NCBI RefSeq assembly: GCF_006345805.1 | Contig: NW_021831932.1 | Coordinates: forward strand, 1-33,949 | DNA length: 33,949 nucleotides | Reading direction: 5' to 3' | From: Octopus sinensis | Taxonomy: Eukaryota | Shown: positions 1 through 12,334 of the stretch, piece by piece | How the letters are laid out: each line of letters opens with the position of its first letter | Position numbering within the stretch: position 1 is the stretch's first letter | Notes under the pieces: generated by a model | What the model saw: the letters and a program-made list of their open reading frames with translations, nothing else | The model's database searches: none | Told to the model about the DNA's origin: nothing | Program-made: the position numbers and the translations under genes

Positions 1-255
1 AAGAATTTTTTCTTCTGTTTCAGAACAAACGTTGGTGTGTGAAATGTTTAATTAATAGATTTATCGATACGTGTTTTAATATGTGTAGGTGTGTGTCAGT
101 GTGGAAGTATATGCATACAGGTATATGTTATATGTATACATGGACATATAATTCTGGTATATACAAGTGTCTATAAGTGTACATATGTGTATGCGTCTGT
201 GCAGATGCATGTAAATTGGACATCCACATACATACCTATTGTCTTTATAGACATA

Positions 256-650
256 GTCGCAGTATCGCCCGGCATTGCTTAGGTTTGGATCAACCCTTTA
301 GAATTGGAATTTTTGAAAAGTAAAACTTTTGCATTATGTAGCTTGTTATTCTCTTTAAGTGAACATTTTTCTGGTTGAAATACACCGAAAAATGGCGATA
401 GAGCAGTAAAGAAATTGTCAAAAATAGGGATTTTCATAGAAAAATAGCACCTTTTTGATGTAAATAATTTTTGGTGTTAACATGGTCCGATTTGAATTTT
501 TTCTTCTACGGAAAGAAGAGCAAGCCTACTTCTATCATACTCTCAATTTTGCTCAACTTGCGCCACAGGGTCTCGAAGGAGATAGTGTTAGTTGAAGGCT
601 ACCAAACCTGCCACACACACATAGACAACTTCAGCTTTATATGTATAGAT
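256..650 (+). mobile_element. Non-autonomous Helentron/DINE-1-like element
   Basis: The 5' end has a CCCGG..GCT(C/T)(G/A)GG-type short inverted motif. The 3' end has a CA microsatellite followed by AGACAACTTCAGCTTTATATGTATAGAT-TT, the layout of DINE/HINE elements. Family assignment is by pattern recognition only. Confidence 0.55.
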
Positions 651-749
651 TTATCATTTTCTGATTTCAATTTTAAACCTTTTAAAATAACTGACAGTTC
701 ACGAATGATGTTACCCAAAACATTTTTAATTTCATTTTGTGCTTGCAAG

Positions 750-933
750 GCACCTTTTTGATGTAAATAATTTTTGGTGTTAACATGGCCCGATTTGAAT
801 TTTTTCTTCTACAGAATGAAGAGCAAGCCTTCTTCTATCATACTCTCAATTTTGGTCAACTTGCGCCACAGGGTCTCAGAGGAAATAGTGTTAGTTGAAG
901 GCTACCAAACCTGCCATACACAGACAACTTCAG
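750..933 (+). repeat. Direct duplicate of 447-634 (3' half of the Helentron-like element)
   Basis: GCACCTTTTTGATGTAAATAATTTTTGG...GACAACTTCAG occurs at 447-634 and 750-933 with few differences. Confidence 0.9.
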
Positions 934-1037
934 AGATTAGTTAAAAGTATTATTTTGGGACATAATCAGAAATGAAATCAAAAGTTTAAGCTTGAAGCAG
1001 CCATTTTCACAGGTGTCGTTCACAAAGGGTTTTAAAC

Positions 1038-1399
1038 ATTCTGTTGACTGTTCTTTGAGCCACTTCTTCACTGCAATTTTCACTTCCTCATCACTGGAAT
1101 AATGTTTGCCTCTCAAACCCTCTTTCATGGGGCCGAATAGATGATAGTCCAGTGACGAGGAAGTGAAAACTACAGCGAAGAAGTGGCTCAAAGAACAGTC
1201 AACAGAATTTTACAGGGCAGGGATACATGCGCTCATTCAAAGGCGGAACATTGCTATTGAGAGAAACAGTGACTATGTTGAGAAGTAGGGATGTGAGCCA
1301 CAGAGGACCAGCTTCATTTTGATGTATGATACATGTTTCTGTGTTGGTAATCATACCTTTCCTAAACAAAATGGCATTACTTTTTGACTCACCCTCCTA
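1038..1399 (+). mobile_element. Mariner transposon 3' relic with fold-back duplication
   Basis: The minus strand reads DYHLFGPMKEGLRGKHYSSDEEVK. The plus strand reads SSDEEVKTTAKKWLKEQSTEFYRAGIHALIQRRNIAIERNSDYVEK* (stop 1286-1288), a mariner C-terminus. The TIR-like end TTACTTTTTGACTCACCCTCC is followed by TA at 1398-1399. Confidence 0.85.
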
Positions 1400-1562
1400 T
1401 ATTCAGAATTATCCAATGGATTAAATCTCTAAATTCTTATCTTATAAGAACTTTATTGGATTTGTGTGTTTGAATACCAAACTCAGAGCAAACTGGTAAT
1501 CATTTTGGGGTAATCCCATACTATTTACAAATACGTGTGTATGTGTGCGTAACTGATGAACT

Positions 1563-1886
1563 GTGGCTGTGTGGTATGAAGCTTGCTTCCCAACCACATG
1601 GTTCCGGGTTCAGTCCCACTGCATGGTACTTTGGGCATGTGTCTTCTACTATAGCTTTGGGTTGACCAAAGCTTTGTGAGTGGATTTGGTAAAAGGAAAC
1701 TCTATGTGTATAGGAGGGGGTGCTTTTGTTTGTCCCCATCATAATCTAGGGGTCCAGCAAAAGAGATCGATAGAATAAGTATCAGGCATTAAAAAAAAGG
1801 CCCTGGGGTCAATTCATTCAACTAAAAATCCTTAAATGTGGTGCCCCAGCATGGCCGTAATCTAATGACCAAAACAATAAAAAGAG
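1563..1886 (+). mobile_element. tRNA-derived SINE family A, diverged copy
   Basis: Has TGGCTGTGTGG A-box-like and GGTTCAGTCCC B-box-like motifs. Colinear with the full copy at 31680-32100. Confidence 0.85.
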
Positions 1887-2130
1887 TGTGGTTTCAATCC
1901 CTAGACCAGTAGTATTTTGTGTTCTTGAGCAAAACCCTTCATGCCACGTTGCTCCAGCCCCTTCATTTGTAAATGGGTAACCCTGTAACAGATCAGAGTT
2001 TTGTTCAGGGAGAATGTTGGGCCTTCTGCCTTGCCTGTGGGGAAGCATCTTTCAAAAGCTAGAACAATATGAGAAAGTGCATTGTGACAAGCAGTGTGAG
2101 CCAACATTCAATAACCTGATCAATAGAAAT
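1887..2130 (+). mobile_element. Diverged SINE of another family (5' truncated)
   Basis: GGTTTCAATCCCTAGACC B-box-like segment followed by GTGTTCTTGAGCAAAAC, resembling the head/core of family D at 32497. Confidence 0.45.
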
Positions 2131-2204
2131 GAATACAGTGATATATAAATATACATACATGTATACATATATACATACATATATACACCCGTTATCTTTT
2201 ATCA

Positions 2205-2545
2205 TTTTCTTGCTCAAGTCATTTGACTGCGGCCATGCTAGAGCACCGATACTTTTTTTTTCAACCTGGTACTTATTTTATAAGTCTCTTTTACCAAACT
2301 GCTAAGTTACTAGGATGTAAACACACCAACACCGGTTGTCAAGTAGTGGTGGGGGACAAACACAGACACTACTTGTATACACACTTACGCACGCACACAC
2401 ACACACACACACATATATGACAGGCTTCTTTCAGTTTTCGTCTACCAAAATCACTCAAGGCTTTGATTAGACCAAAGCTAAAGTAGAAGCCATTTATTCC
2501 AAGTGACACGCAATGAGACTGAACCCAGAACCATATGACTAAGAA
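2205..2545 (-). mobile_element. SINE family A
   Basis: Reverse complement of family A (GTCATTTGACTGCGGCCATGCT...GAACCCAGAACCAT). Confidence 0.85.
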
Positions 2546-2585
2546 AACATATATATATAATATATATATATATATAATATATAAT

Positions 2586-2913
2586 TACGGAGATTGTACT
2601 TGCATAGCGAGTGACTTGATCTGAGATCGTGTACTGGAACGAAAACAATTGCAGCGTGGAAGGTGTTTATAAGCCATTTAAGAAACAACACAAAAACCGT
2701 TAGATTCACTTCAACATTTAAATTTAATTTTGTAAAATATTTTTGTTGCTTTGAGACCGCGACCTGTTCACTGACACGAAGTTTTGTCTGCGAACAGGTC
2801 GCAGTCCTCAAAGCGATGAAAATATTTGGCAATTAAATTTAAATGTTGAAGTGAATCTAACAGTTTTTGTGTTTCTTAAATGGCTTATAAACACCTTCCA
2901 CGCTGCAATTGTT
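2586..2913. mobile_element. Repeat family C (Penelope-like terminal repeat with variant hammerhead), head-to-head inverted pair
   Basis: 2644-2776 is the reverse complement of 2785-2913. The same family occurs at 25565-25767 and 26114-26282. Confidence 0.75.
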
Positions 2914-3115
2914 ATACATATATATATATACACACACACACATATATTATATAACACACACACCACACACACACACACATATATATAGTAAAAGCAATTA
3001 AAATTCAAGTGAGTTCTATTGAATTCACTTGAATGCGGTACTTAACTTAGATGCACCAGGAAACTATATGGTATTAACCATACAATAATGTGGGGTGATT
3101 ATAAACGAGAGTACG

Positions 3116-3202
3116 TTGGCTGATGAGTACGGGACACTTGTATTTGCTGCAATATTTGCAGCTTTTAATAAAGCTTGTCTTCGTATGAAACAATTGTACT
3201 GA
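3116..3202 (+). ncRNA. Type I hammerhead ribozyme motif, long stem II
   Basis: CTGATGA 3120-3126, stem II GTACG/CGTAT, GAAAC-AATT-GTA 3187-3198 with palindromic stem III ACAATTGT. Stem I is weak. Confidence 0.65.
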
Positions 3203-3659
3203 AAAACTAATCCATTCTTGTTGCTTTTTTCTCGTATATATATATATATATATATATAAACACATATATGATTGGTTTGTTTGTCTCCAGCTACATTATG
3301 CAACTTGGAATATTGTGGATAATTTACATAATGGAATATTTATTGAACATTTAACAGAAGTCATTGTATTTCTTACTGAACACTGAAGAGGTGAATTCAC
3401 AAGATTATGTAATGTGTGAACAACAATTATGTAATCCTGACAGTAAGTTGATGAGATACGCGTAGGTTTTACAGCATACCTGTTTTCTGCATTTCATTAA
3501 TGCATACATACACAAATAAATACATACGTACGTATACATGCATTCAAAAGAAGCTGACACAGATTCTCCCAAAGGAAACTGATGCAAATTTTCTAAATTC
3601 AATCTGTTAGTGATACAGTGAAGATTTCTAAGACACTCCAAGGATTCTCTGTCTGAGAT

Positions 3660-3840
3660 TCTTTAGGTGAATAGATGCACACGCTTGGTGTACGCACTGG
3701 CAGTCCAACCAACATGCCATCTCAACCACATACCCAGACGCACTGAAACTCTCTTGCTCATTTCCTTAACTTAGAATCTTGTTGCTGTTGTAGTGACCTG
3801 AACTCTCTCAAGAAGAACTTAAATAAATCTCAAAAAAGAA
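3660..3840 (+). mobile_element. Heavily degraded LINE 3' end (CR1/Jockey-group-like)
   Basis: Remnants resemble AL(W)NSL..HF(P) and DLNSLKKNLNK. Interrupted by frameshifts. Confidence 0.35.
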
Positions 3841-3873
3841 ACATACATACTTACATCATATATATTATTATAG

Positions 3874-3908
<35 letters not shown>

Positions 3909-4419
3909 AGATATATATCTATATATATATATATACATACATCATCATACATACATCATACATACATACATACATCATACATACATACATACATACATAC
4001 ATACATACATACATACACATCATACATACATCATACATACATACATCATACATACATACATACATACATACATACATACATACATACATCATACATACAA
4101 CATACATGCATGCATGCATACATAATAATACTGCATACATAAATACATATATACATACATACATACATACACACATACATGCATACATAAATACATACAT
4201 ACATGCATACATAAATACATATATACATACATACATACATACACACATACATGCATACATAAATACATACATACATGCATACATAAATACATGCATGCAT
4301 ACAAACATACATACATACATACATACATGTGTACATACATAAAGGCATTCATATACACATGAATTATTGTGTATACGTATGCATGCATACTTTCATACAT
4401 ACATGCATATATACATACA
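3841..4419. repeat. (TA)n/(TACA)n microsatellite field
   Basis: Direct reading. Confidence 0.95.
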
Positions 4420-4937
4420 ATGATTTGGGATAGAGGAGAGAAACTGTGTATACTTGTGAAAATTAATTACCCACTGGATGTTAACATAAAGTTGAAGATC
4501 AGTGGAAAAGAGAACACCTATGCTGAACTATTGAGAAATCTGCAGTTACTCTATCCAGATTACAAGTTCAGGTTTATACCTGTAATTATTGGGGCCCTGG
4601 GATACGTAACACTGCCTAAATACCAAGCTTGAGAAATTAGGCTTCTCAAAACCTGAAAGAAGAAAGCCAATTCGAAGCTACAGATCCAATCCATCACTGG
4701 AACTGTAAAAATCTGTAAAACTTTCCAGAAGTTTATCATTTAAAGATATATGAGCACGTCTAGATGTGCAGCTATATGCATGAGAATACATACATAGAAC
4801 ATACAAATCTGCACATACATACATACAAACAAAAATATCCTGTTGTTGATGTTGAAATTCCAATGAAGGAGCCTTGGATCTAGGTTAGAAACCGGTTCTT
4901 TCTCTATTGGCAAGAAATCTTGAAATAAACTAAATAA
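4420..4937 (+). mobile_element. 5'-truncated RLE-type non-LTR retrotransposon (R4/Dong-like): endonuclease C-terminus plus 3' UTR
   Basis: MIWDRGEKLCILVKINYPLDVNIKLKISGKENTYAELLRNLQLLYPDYKFRFIPVIIGALGYVT, then via frameshifts CLNTKLEKLGFSKPERRK..QIQSITGTVKICKTFQKFII* (TAA 4741-4743). The PVIIGALG motif is typical of R4/Dong restriction-like endonucleases. Confidence 0.8.
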
Positions 4938-5084
4938 TGACATACATGCATACATACATACATACATTCGTACATATATACATACATACATGCATGCATA
5001 CATATATACATACATATATATATATACATACTTATATATATACATACATATATATATACATACTTATATACATACGTACATATA

Positions 5085-5118
<34 letters not shown>

Positions 5119-6003
5119 CATACATATATATACATACATACATACATATATACATACATACATACGTACATATATACATACACATATACATACATATATA
5201 CATACATACATACATATATACATACATACATACGTACATATATATATACATACATACATACATACGTACATACATCATACATACATACATACATATATAC
5301 ATACATATATATACATACATACATACATATATACATACATACATACGTACATATATACATACACATATACATACATATATACATACATACATACATATAT
5401 ACATACATACATACGTACATATATACATACATACGTACATACATCATACATACATACAAACACACATACATACATACATACATACATCATACATACATAC
5501 AAACACACATACATACATCATACATACATACATACATACATACATCATACATACATACATACATACATACAACATACATACATATATACATACATACATA
5601 CGTACATATATACATACACATATACATACATATATACATACATAACATACATATACTACATACATACGTACATATATACATACATACATACATACATATA
5701 TACATACATACATACATACATACATAATACATACATACTACATACATACATACATACATACATACATACATTACATACATACATACTACATACATACATA
5801 CATACGTACATACATCATACATACATACAAACACACATACATACATCATACATACATACATACATACATACATCATACATACATACATACATATATACAT
5901 ACATACATCATACATACATACATACATACATATATACATACATACATCATACATACATACATACATACATACATCATACATACATACATACATACATACA
6001 TAC
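4938..6003. repeat. (TACA)n microsatellite, about 1 kb
   Basis: Direct reading. Confidence 0.95.
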
Positions 6004-6197
6004 ATGGTGGAAGTCAACTCCCAACCAAATAAGACTACGTCTTAAACTCAATCTTGGTCTCTCTCTCTCTCTCTGTTACCGATGCCATTTCCTAGGGTTT
6101 CTAAGGCCTGCAAATCACTTGAAACTGGCCCCAAGTCAGCCCCTCAGCAGCATCAGCCCAGCTATCAATTTAATTTGAATTAATTTATGTTGATTAT

Positions 6198-6400
6198 TCT
6201 TTTATTTGTTTCAATCACTTGACGGTGGCCATGCTGGAGCACCGCCTTTAGTCGAGCAAATCGACCCCGGGACTTATTCTATGTAAGCCTAGTACTTATA
6301 CTATCGGCCTCTTTTGCCAAACCGCTAAGTTACGGGGACGTAAACACACCAGCATCGGTTGTCAAGCACGTTGGGGGGATAAACACAGACACACAAAAGT
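6198..6400 (-). mobile_element. SINE family A, 3' half
   Basis: GGCCATGCTGGAGCACCGCCTTTAGTCGAGCAAATCGACCCCGGG matches the other copies. Confidence 0.9.
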
Positions 6401-6479
6401 ACACATGCATATTGTGTATGTGTATATATATATATATATGTATGTATATGTATGTATATAGTGGGAGGATTTCATGAAA

Positions 6480-6683
6480 AAATTATATCATTATTATTAT
6501 TATATTATCATTATTATCATTATCATCATCATTATATATATTATTATCTTCATTATTATATATTATCTTATTTCATTATTATATTATTACATTATTATTA
6601 TCATTATTATTATTTTATTATCATTATTATCATTATTATTATTATTATTATTATAATTATCATCATCATCATCATCATCATCA

Positions 6684-6716
<33 letters not shown>
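6480..6716. repeat. (ATT/ATC)n microsatellite
   Basis: Direct reading. Confidence 0.95.
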
Positions 6717-6718
<2 letters not shown>

Positions 6719-6759
6719 TTGTCTTTAGCACCTGCTTTCACTGCACTACCGAGCACAGC

Positions 6760-7145
6760 GGTATTTCATTTACCACTACATTCTGAGGTCAACTTTGCCT
6801 TTTATCCTTTCAGGGTCGATAAAATACATACCTATTTCTTTATTACCCACAAGGGGCTAAACATAGAGGGAACAAACAAGGACAGACATAGGTATTAAGT
6901 CGATTACATCGACCCCAATGCGTAACTGGTACTTATTTAATCGACCCCGAAAGGATGAAAGGTAAAGTCGACCTCGGTGGAATTTGAACTCACAACGTAA
7001 CGGCAGACGAAATACTGTTATGCCCGGCATGCTAACGTTTCTGCTAGCTCACCGGTGAAATACTGGGGTCGATATGATTGACTTATCCCCTCCCCAAAAA
7101 TTTCAGACCCTGTGCCTATAATAGAAAGGATTATTATTATTATTG
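6760..7145 (+). mobile_element. Old SINE family B (tail type B1, ends in (ATT)n), split by an antisense B2 copy
   Basis: GAGGTCAACTTTGCCTTTTATCCTTTCAGGGTCGATAAA before 6832 resumes at ACTGGGGTCGAT...CCTATAATAGAAAGGATTATT after 7056. Confidence 0.75.
6833..7055 (-). mobile_element. SINE family B, tail type B2
   Basis: Reverse complement of the full copy at 18276-18508. Confidence 0.9.
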
Positions 7146-7146
7146 T

Positions 7147-7560
7147 TGTCACAAGAATGGCCAATATGAACGGACCAATTGTGAGGATACACCTGTGAAA
7201 AATTAAAAGGAAATATAAAAGGAGAAAGGGGCTCTCTACCCCCCTTTTGACCAGGCTCCTGTGGCTTTTATGGGTTAGATATTATGTAGTATAAAAAGGT
7301 ATTATAAAAGGAGAAAGGGGCTCTCTACCCCCCTTTTGACCAGGCTCCCGTGGCTTTTATGGGTTTTTCCATGAGTAACCCTTTCGAAGCGCCCCCCCCC
7401 CTTTTGGGAGTTTTAATTGTTACTTATATTTCGTTGTCATCCTGCTTTTGTACACGGACCTTTTGCAAACGGACAGAACCCTTTGTAACTTTCGTCCTGT
7501 GTTTTGTCCCTTTATGTTTTAATTGATTTTTGTTAGCCCTTGTGGCCAATAAACGAACGA
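7147..7560 (+). mobile_element. 3' end of Tx1/L1-like LINE (copy 1)
   Basis: Near-identical to 22912-23325. Carries an internal tandem duplication of about 63 bp (TATAAAAGGAGAAAGGGG...TTATGGGTT). Flanked by (ATT)n on both sides. Confidence 0.75.
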
Positions 7561-7584
7561 ATTAATTATTATTATTATTAATTA

Positions 7585-7673
7585 AGGTGGCGAACTGGCA
7601 GAATCAGGAGTACACCACACAAAATGCATAGCAGCACCTCACCTGTCTTTGTGCTCTGAACTCAAATTCCACC
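7585..7673 (+). mobile_element. SINE family B head fragment
   Basis: GGTGGCGAACTGGCAGAA...CTGAACTCAAATTCCACC. Confidence 0.65.
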
Positions 7674-7737
7674 ACCTCTACTACTACTACTATTACCACT
7701 ACCACTACCACCATCACCACTACTACTGCTCCTACTC

Positions 7738-8158
7738 AAGCATTTGTCTTATGAAGAAAGGCTGAAGACGCTCGACCTTTATTCTCTAGAAAAACGCCGC
7801 CGCCGTGGTGATCTCATTCTTGCTCACAACATCATAAGCGGAAAGTGTAACCTCTCGAAAGAGCTGTTCTTCACTTCTGCTCCAGAGCGTCGGCTGCGGG
7901 GGTCACTCCGAAAAGCTCTATCTACAACGATTTCATCTCAATTGAAGGAGAGGGGCTTTCTCTGTCCGGGTTGCGGATCCGTGGAATAAACTGCCGAACG
8001 AGATGGTGAAGATGCCGATGACCGCTCGGTTCAAAGTCTCCCTTGACCAGAAATGGCCTGAACTCTTTGCATGACCACCCTCCCTGTACATAACTCCCTC
8101 TCCCCCTACATGGGCTTGCTTTTTGCTTTTGAGCCAATAAAAATTGAATTGAATTGAA
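7738..8158 (+). mobile_element. CR1-group LINE 3' fragment (ORF2 C-terminus plus 3' UTR)
   Basis: LSYEERLKTLDLYSLEKRRRRGDLI..., then after a frameshift FSVRVADPWNKLPNEMV...FKVSLDQKW (stop 8072-8074). Ends in an (AATTG)n tail. Confidence 0.9.
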
Positions 8159-8699
8159 TACTACCAATACGACGACCACCACTACCACTACTACTACTGC
8201 AAGCAAAACCCTAAATTGCAATTTTTGATTTACCTGCATTCTATATTCCTAGCAGGTATACCTGTTATTTCTCCATCCCACCATCATTTCCACTTCCCTC
8301 CTTAGTTCGACCTTCTAACCCCAACCCCCATCACAAACATCCTGACGCAAGTTTTAGTTTAAACCACCGTTGACATGGTAACCAAATTTTATTTACCTTT
8401 AAAAAAAATTTCATGTCAACAACAACAACAACAAAAAATAACAATAACAAACAAACAAAAATAGTAACAAAAATGCAATGAAAGTCGCCCCGCCCCTACC
8501 CAGACGTCTTTTTTTGTTTAGTTTTGTTTAATTTTTTTTTTTTTTTTTTCAATGTCAGAACATAATGGAATTGTCGCGAGTTAGAGGAGCGAACAGTCTT
8601 CGTAGACAAAACTGAGTCATACAATCTGTTTAGAGAGTCTTAATTGCTTTGCAGCTCTTACACGTAATTGCATGCACAGTGCTACACCCTCGCCCCGTG

Positions 8700-8717
8700 T
8701 GTGTATATATATATTAT

Positions 8718-8751
<34 letters not shown>

Positions 8752-8811
8752 GATATATATATATATATAGTATATATATATATATGTATATGATATATAT
8801 ATATATATATA

Positions 8812-8855
<44 letters not shown>

Positions 8856-9002
8856 TGTATGTATATGCGAATCAGTTGCACGCAAATAAATATATGGTGT
8901 ATATATATATGTATATATATATATGTGTATTATATATGTAATATATATATGTATGTATATAATATATATATATATATGTTTATATATATGTATATTAATA
9001 TG

Positions 9003-9033
<31 letters not shown>

Positions 9034-9054
9034 TATATATGTATGTATATTATG

Positions 9055-9109
<55 letters not shown>

Positions 9110-9389
9110 GTAGATATGAGTATGTCTGTATATAAATATACATATATTTCTATGCATATATATATTGTGTGTGTGTATATATACATATATATATATATAT
9201 TAACACACACAATTATACACACACACACACATATATACATTTGCTATAAATACATGTATGGATATATGTGTATCTGTGTGTATGCATATATATATATAAT
9301 ATATAGTATATATGTATATAGACATATATGTATACAATATATATTATGTATACATATATATACATACATTTTTATATGTATATATAGAC

Positions 9390-9421
<32 letters not shown>

Positions 9422-9827
9422 ATATATATATATATTTGTAAACATACGTATGCACAAATACAACTAAACATATAAATATGCAGGGAGCTGACAATGAATA
9501 ACAAGAATCAAACGTATAGTTTGAGTCAGTTAAGTGACTAAATGAGCATGAGAGCCGTGTTGTGATGGGAGATTCATTTGGATAAGTAATCATACATCTG
9601 CGCACTTAACTGTTGTCTACCTCTCACTCTAAGTCTCCCTCTCTCTCCCTACTTTCACTTTCTCTTTCTATTACGCACACACGTACTCAGAGCTGAATAG
9701 TAAAAAGTATCTCACATTTTAAGGAATCGATTAAGTCAACTGAGAGAGACAGGCACGCAGGCAAGCTCGTATGTGTGTGTGTGTATAGATATTATGCATA
9801 TATGTACCTGCATGTATATACACATGC

Positions 9828-9860
<33 letters not shown>

Positions 9861-10051
9861 TACACACACGCATAAATGTTGATGATGATATACATATATG
9901 TATATAAATACATATATGTATATACATACATATATACATACATATATATACACATGCACACACACATACATATATATATTTATACATATATATATGTGTA
10001 CACAGATATATACATATACGTATATTTATATATACATGCATATATGTATAC

Positions 10052-10114
<63 letters not shown>

Positions 10115-10390
10115 CGTTAGATATATAAATATATGAGTGTATATATACACACATATATATCTATATGTACACATGTATATATATATATATATATATATTA
10201 ATATATATACATATATATATATAAATATACATATATATATATATATATTCTTATTTATATATATAAATGTACATATATATATAAAGATACTTATGTATAT
10301 ATATATTTTTTTAAAATTTATATATATAATATATACAAATATATATATATAAGCATATATATAAATATATATATATATGAGTGTGTGTGT
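8700..10390. repeat. Two (TA)n-rich fields (8700-9440, 9770-10390)
   Basis: Direct reading. Confidence 0.9.
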
Positions 10391-10922
10391 GTATAGGATG
10401 TCACTAACTGTAAACCACATGAAGTATGAAAACAACCAAGTGAAATATGCAAACAATGACAGAAAAAAAAATGGAAAACAGGACAAGCAACTCAGAGAGG
10501 GGACCCTTGATCAGTTGTCAGCTGTCAATCTACTCCTGATTTCTCACATTGAACAACAATATGAGTCTTTGAAGACAGTTGCTCCATAATTTCCAAAATA
10601 AAATTTTGAATTTACAGAGAGTTAAAGTTGGGACAGCAGAACAGTGAAGACATACAAGGAACCGAACGAAAGCAAGTATGGAGGATCATGAGACCAGAAC
10701 GAGGGGAAAATAGTGAACGCTGGGAGAAATATTTTCTGTGAAAAGATAGAAGAGAGAGATAGAGGACGTCCATTAATTAGAATGTCATGCAGGAAAAGAA
10801 AGATGGACGATGGTCACATGTGAGCAATGAGAGAGAGAAAGAGAGTGAGAGATAAATAGAATATGGTGAAGGAGAGGAAAAGGAAACTAGAGTTGGATGG
10901 GATATATATATATAAACATTTG

Positions 10923-10956
<34 letters not shown>

Positions 10957-10961
10957 TATAT

Positions 10962-11348
10962 ACTCTTTACTCTTTTACTTGTTTCAGTCATTTGACTGCG
11001 GCCATGCTGGAGCACCGCCTTTAGTCGAGCAAATCGACCCCGGGACTTATTCTTTGTAAGCCCAGTACTTATTCTATCAGTCTCTTTTGCCAAATCGCTA
11101 AGTGACAGGGACGTAAACACAACAGCATCGGTTGTCAAACAATGCTAGGGGGACAAACACAGACACACATATACATACATATATACAACAGGCTTCTTTC
11201 AGTTTCCGTCTACCAAATCCACTCACAAGGCATTGGTCGGCCCGGGGCTATAGCAGAAGACACTTGTCCAAGATGCCACGCAGTGGGACTGAACCCGGAA
11301 CCATGTGGTTGGTTAGAAAGCTACTTGCCACACAGCCACTCCTGCGCC
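10962..11348 (-). mobile_element. SINE family A, full length
   Basis: Runs from the GGCGCAGGAGTGGCTGTGTGG head to the GAAACAAGTAAAAGAGTAAAGAG tail. Near-identical to 31680-32100. Confidence 0.95.
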
Positions 11349-11368
11349 TATATATGTATACATATATA

Positions 11369-12320
11369 CAGTGGGGGGAAATAAATATTCGCACATGTCA
11401 AAATTATTTATCTATTTTCTAATGAACATAAATGGGATATACCAATACTATATTTGCATACACATGCATTAACTAAGAATATGCAAATGAAACTAATAAA
11501 TTATAGTAACTAAGGAATTTATATTCAATTATAAATACTTAGGGGTGAAAAAAGTATTCGTACAGAACATAAATAACTGATAATTCTGATTTAATACTTC
11601 ATAGCATAACCATTATTCAGTTCCACTTCAACCAATCTCTTCTGGTAGTTCTTAAAACCCACCCTTCACAAAGCTGGAGCTTTTCTACCGAGTCCCATAA
11701 ATCATTGTTCAAAATATTTTAGTACATCTCTGCATTCATTCTACCATCTATCACATGTAAATTGCCAGTACCATTTGCAGAGAAGCACCCCCACACCATG
11801 ATGTTTCCACCTCCAAACTTTACGGTAGGAATTGTGTTTTTCGGCGAATAGGCGGTACCATCGTTTCCCCGAACTTGGCTACGCGAATTTCGCCCAAACA
11901 ATTCAATTTTCGACTCGTCTGTCCATAGAACATTTTCCCAGAATGTATCAGGTTTATCTTTATATTCATAAACAAATTTTAAATGGGCATCTCTATACCT
12001 TTTAGTCAACAGCGAAGTTTTTCTAGGAGAGTGTGACTTCAGTTCATTCCTATGAAGTTCATTGCTGATTGTTCATAGTGTAACACTAGTCCATGAAGCT
12101 AACAAATCTTGCAACTCCTTTCTGGTGATCATTGCGTTTTTTTTTATTCTTCGCTTCATTTTTCTTTAAGATCTAGGGAAATCTTGCATAGTGCACCGGA
12201 TCTTTTCACCAGTGGCATAATTTTATTGATGGAAAAGAAAACAACTGAAACGGACTTTCAAGAATTTTACTACTCTAAGCCAGCTGGTTTCTATAGGAAT
12301 GGCATAAAAATTCTTTTACT
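11369..12320 (-). mobile_element. Tc1-family transposon relic (IR/DR type) with pseudogenised transposase
   Basis: TA|CAGTGGGGGGAAATAAATATTCGCAC terminal repeat, with inner DR GGGGTGAAAAAAGTATTCGTAC at 11542-11563. The transposase fragment includes [16 protein letters not shown] and [17 protein letters not shown] and ends KY* at 11591. An internal deletion near 11700-11720 removes the rest of the DDE. Confidence 0.92.
11591..12200 (-). pseudogene. Tc1 transposase pseudogene
   Basis: ORF 11719-12009 plus disrupted flanking frames. Confidence 0.85.
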
Positions 12321-12334
12321 GCTTTGGAAGAATC

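Noticed and set aside
3379-3470. Possible hammerhead CTGAAGA...GATACGCGTAGG
   Set aside because: GAAA is replaced by GATA and there is no closing stem II. At most a decayed relic.
3919-6178. Long ORFs (up to 413 aa) rich in YIHT/MYVC
   Set aside because: Translations of the (TACA)n microsatellite.
10390-10890. Probable interspersed repeat with TGATCAG motif
   Set aside because: Cannot be classified from sequence, and there is no complete ribozyme core.
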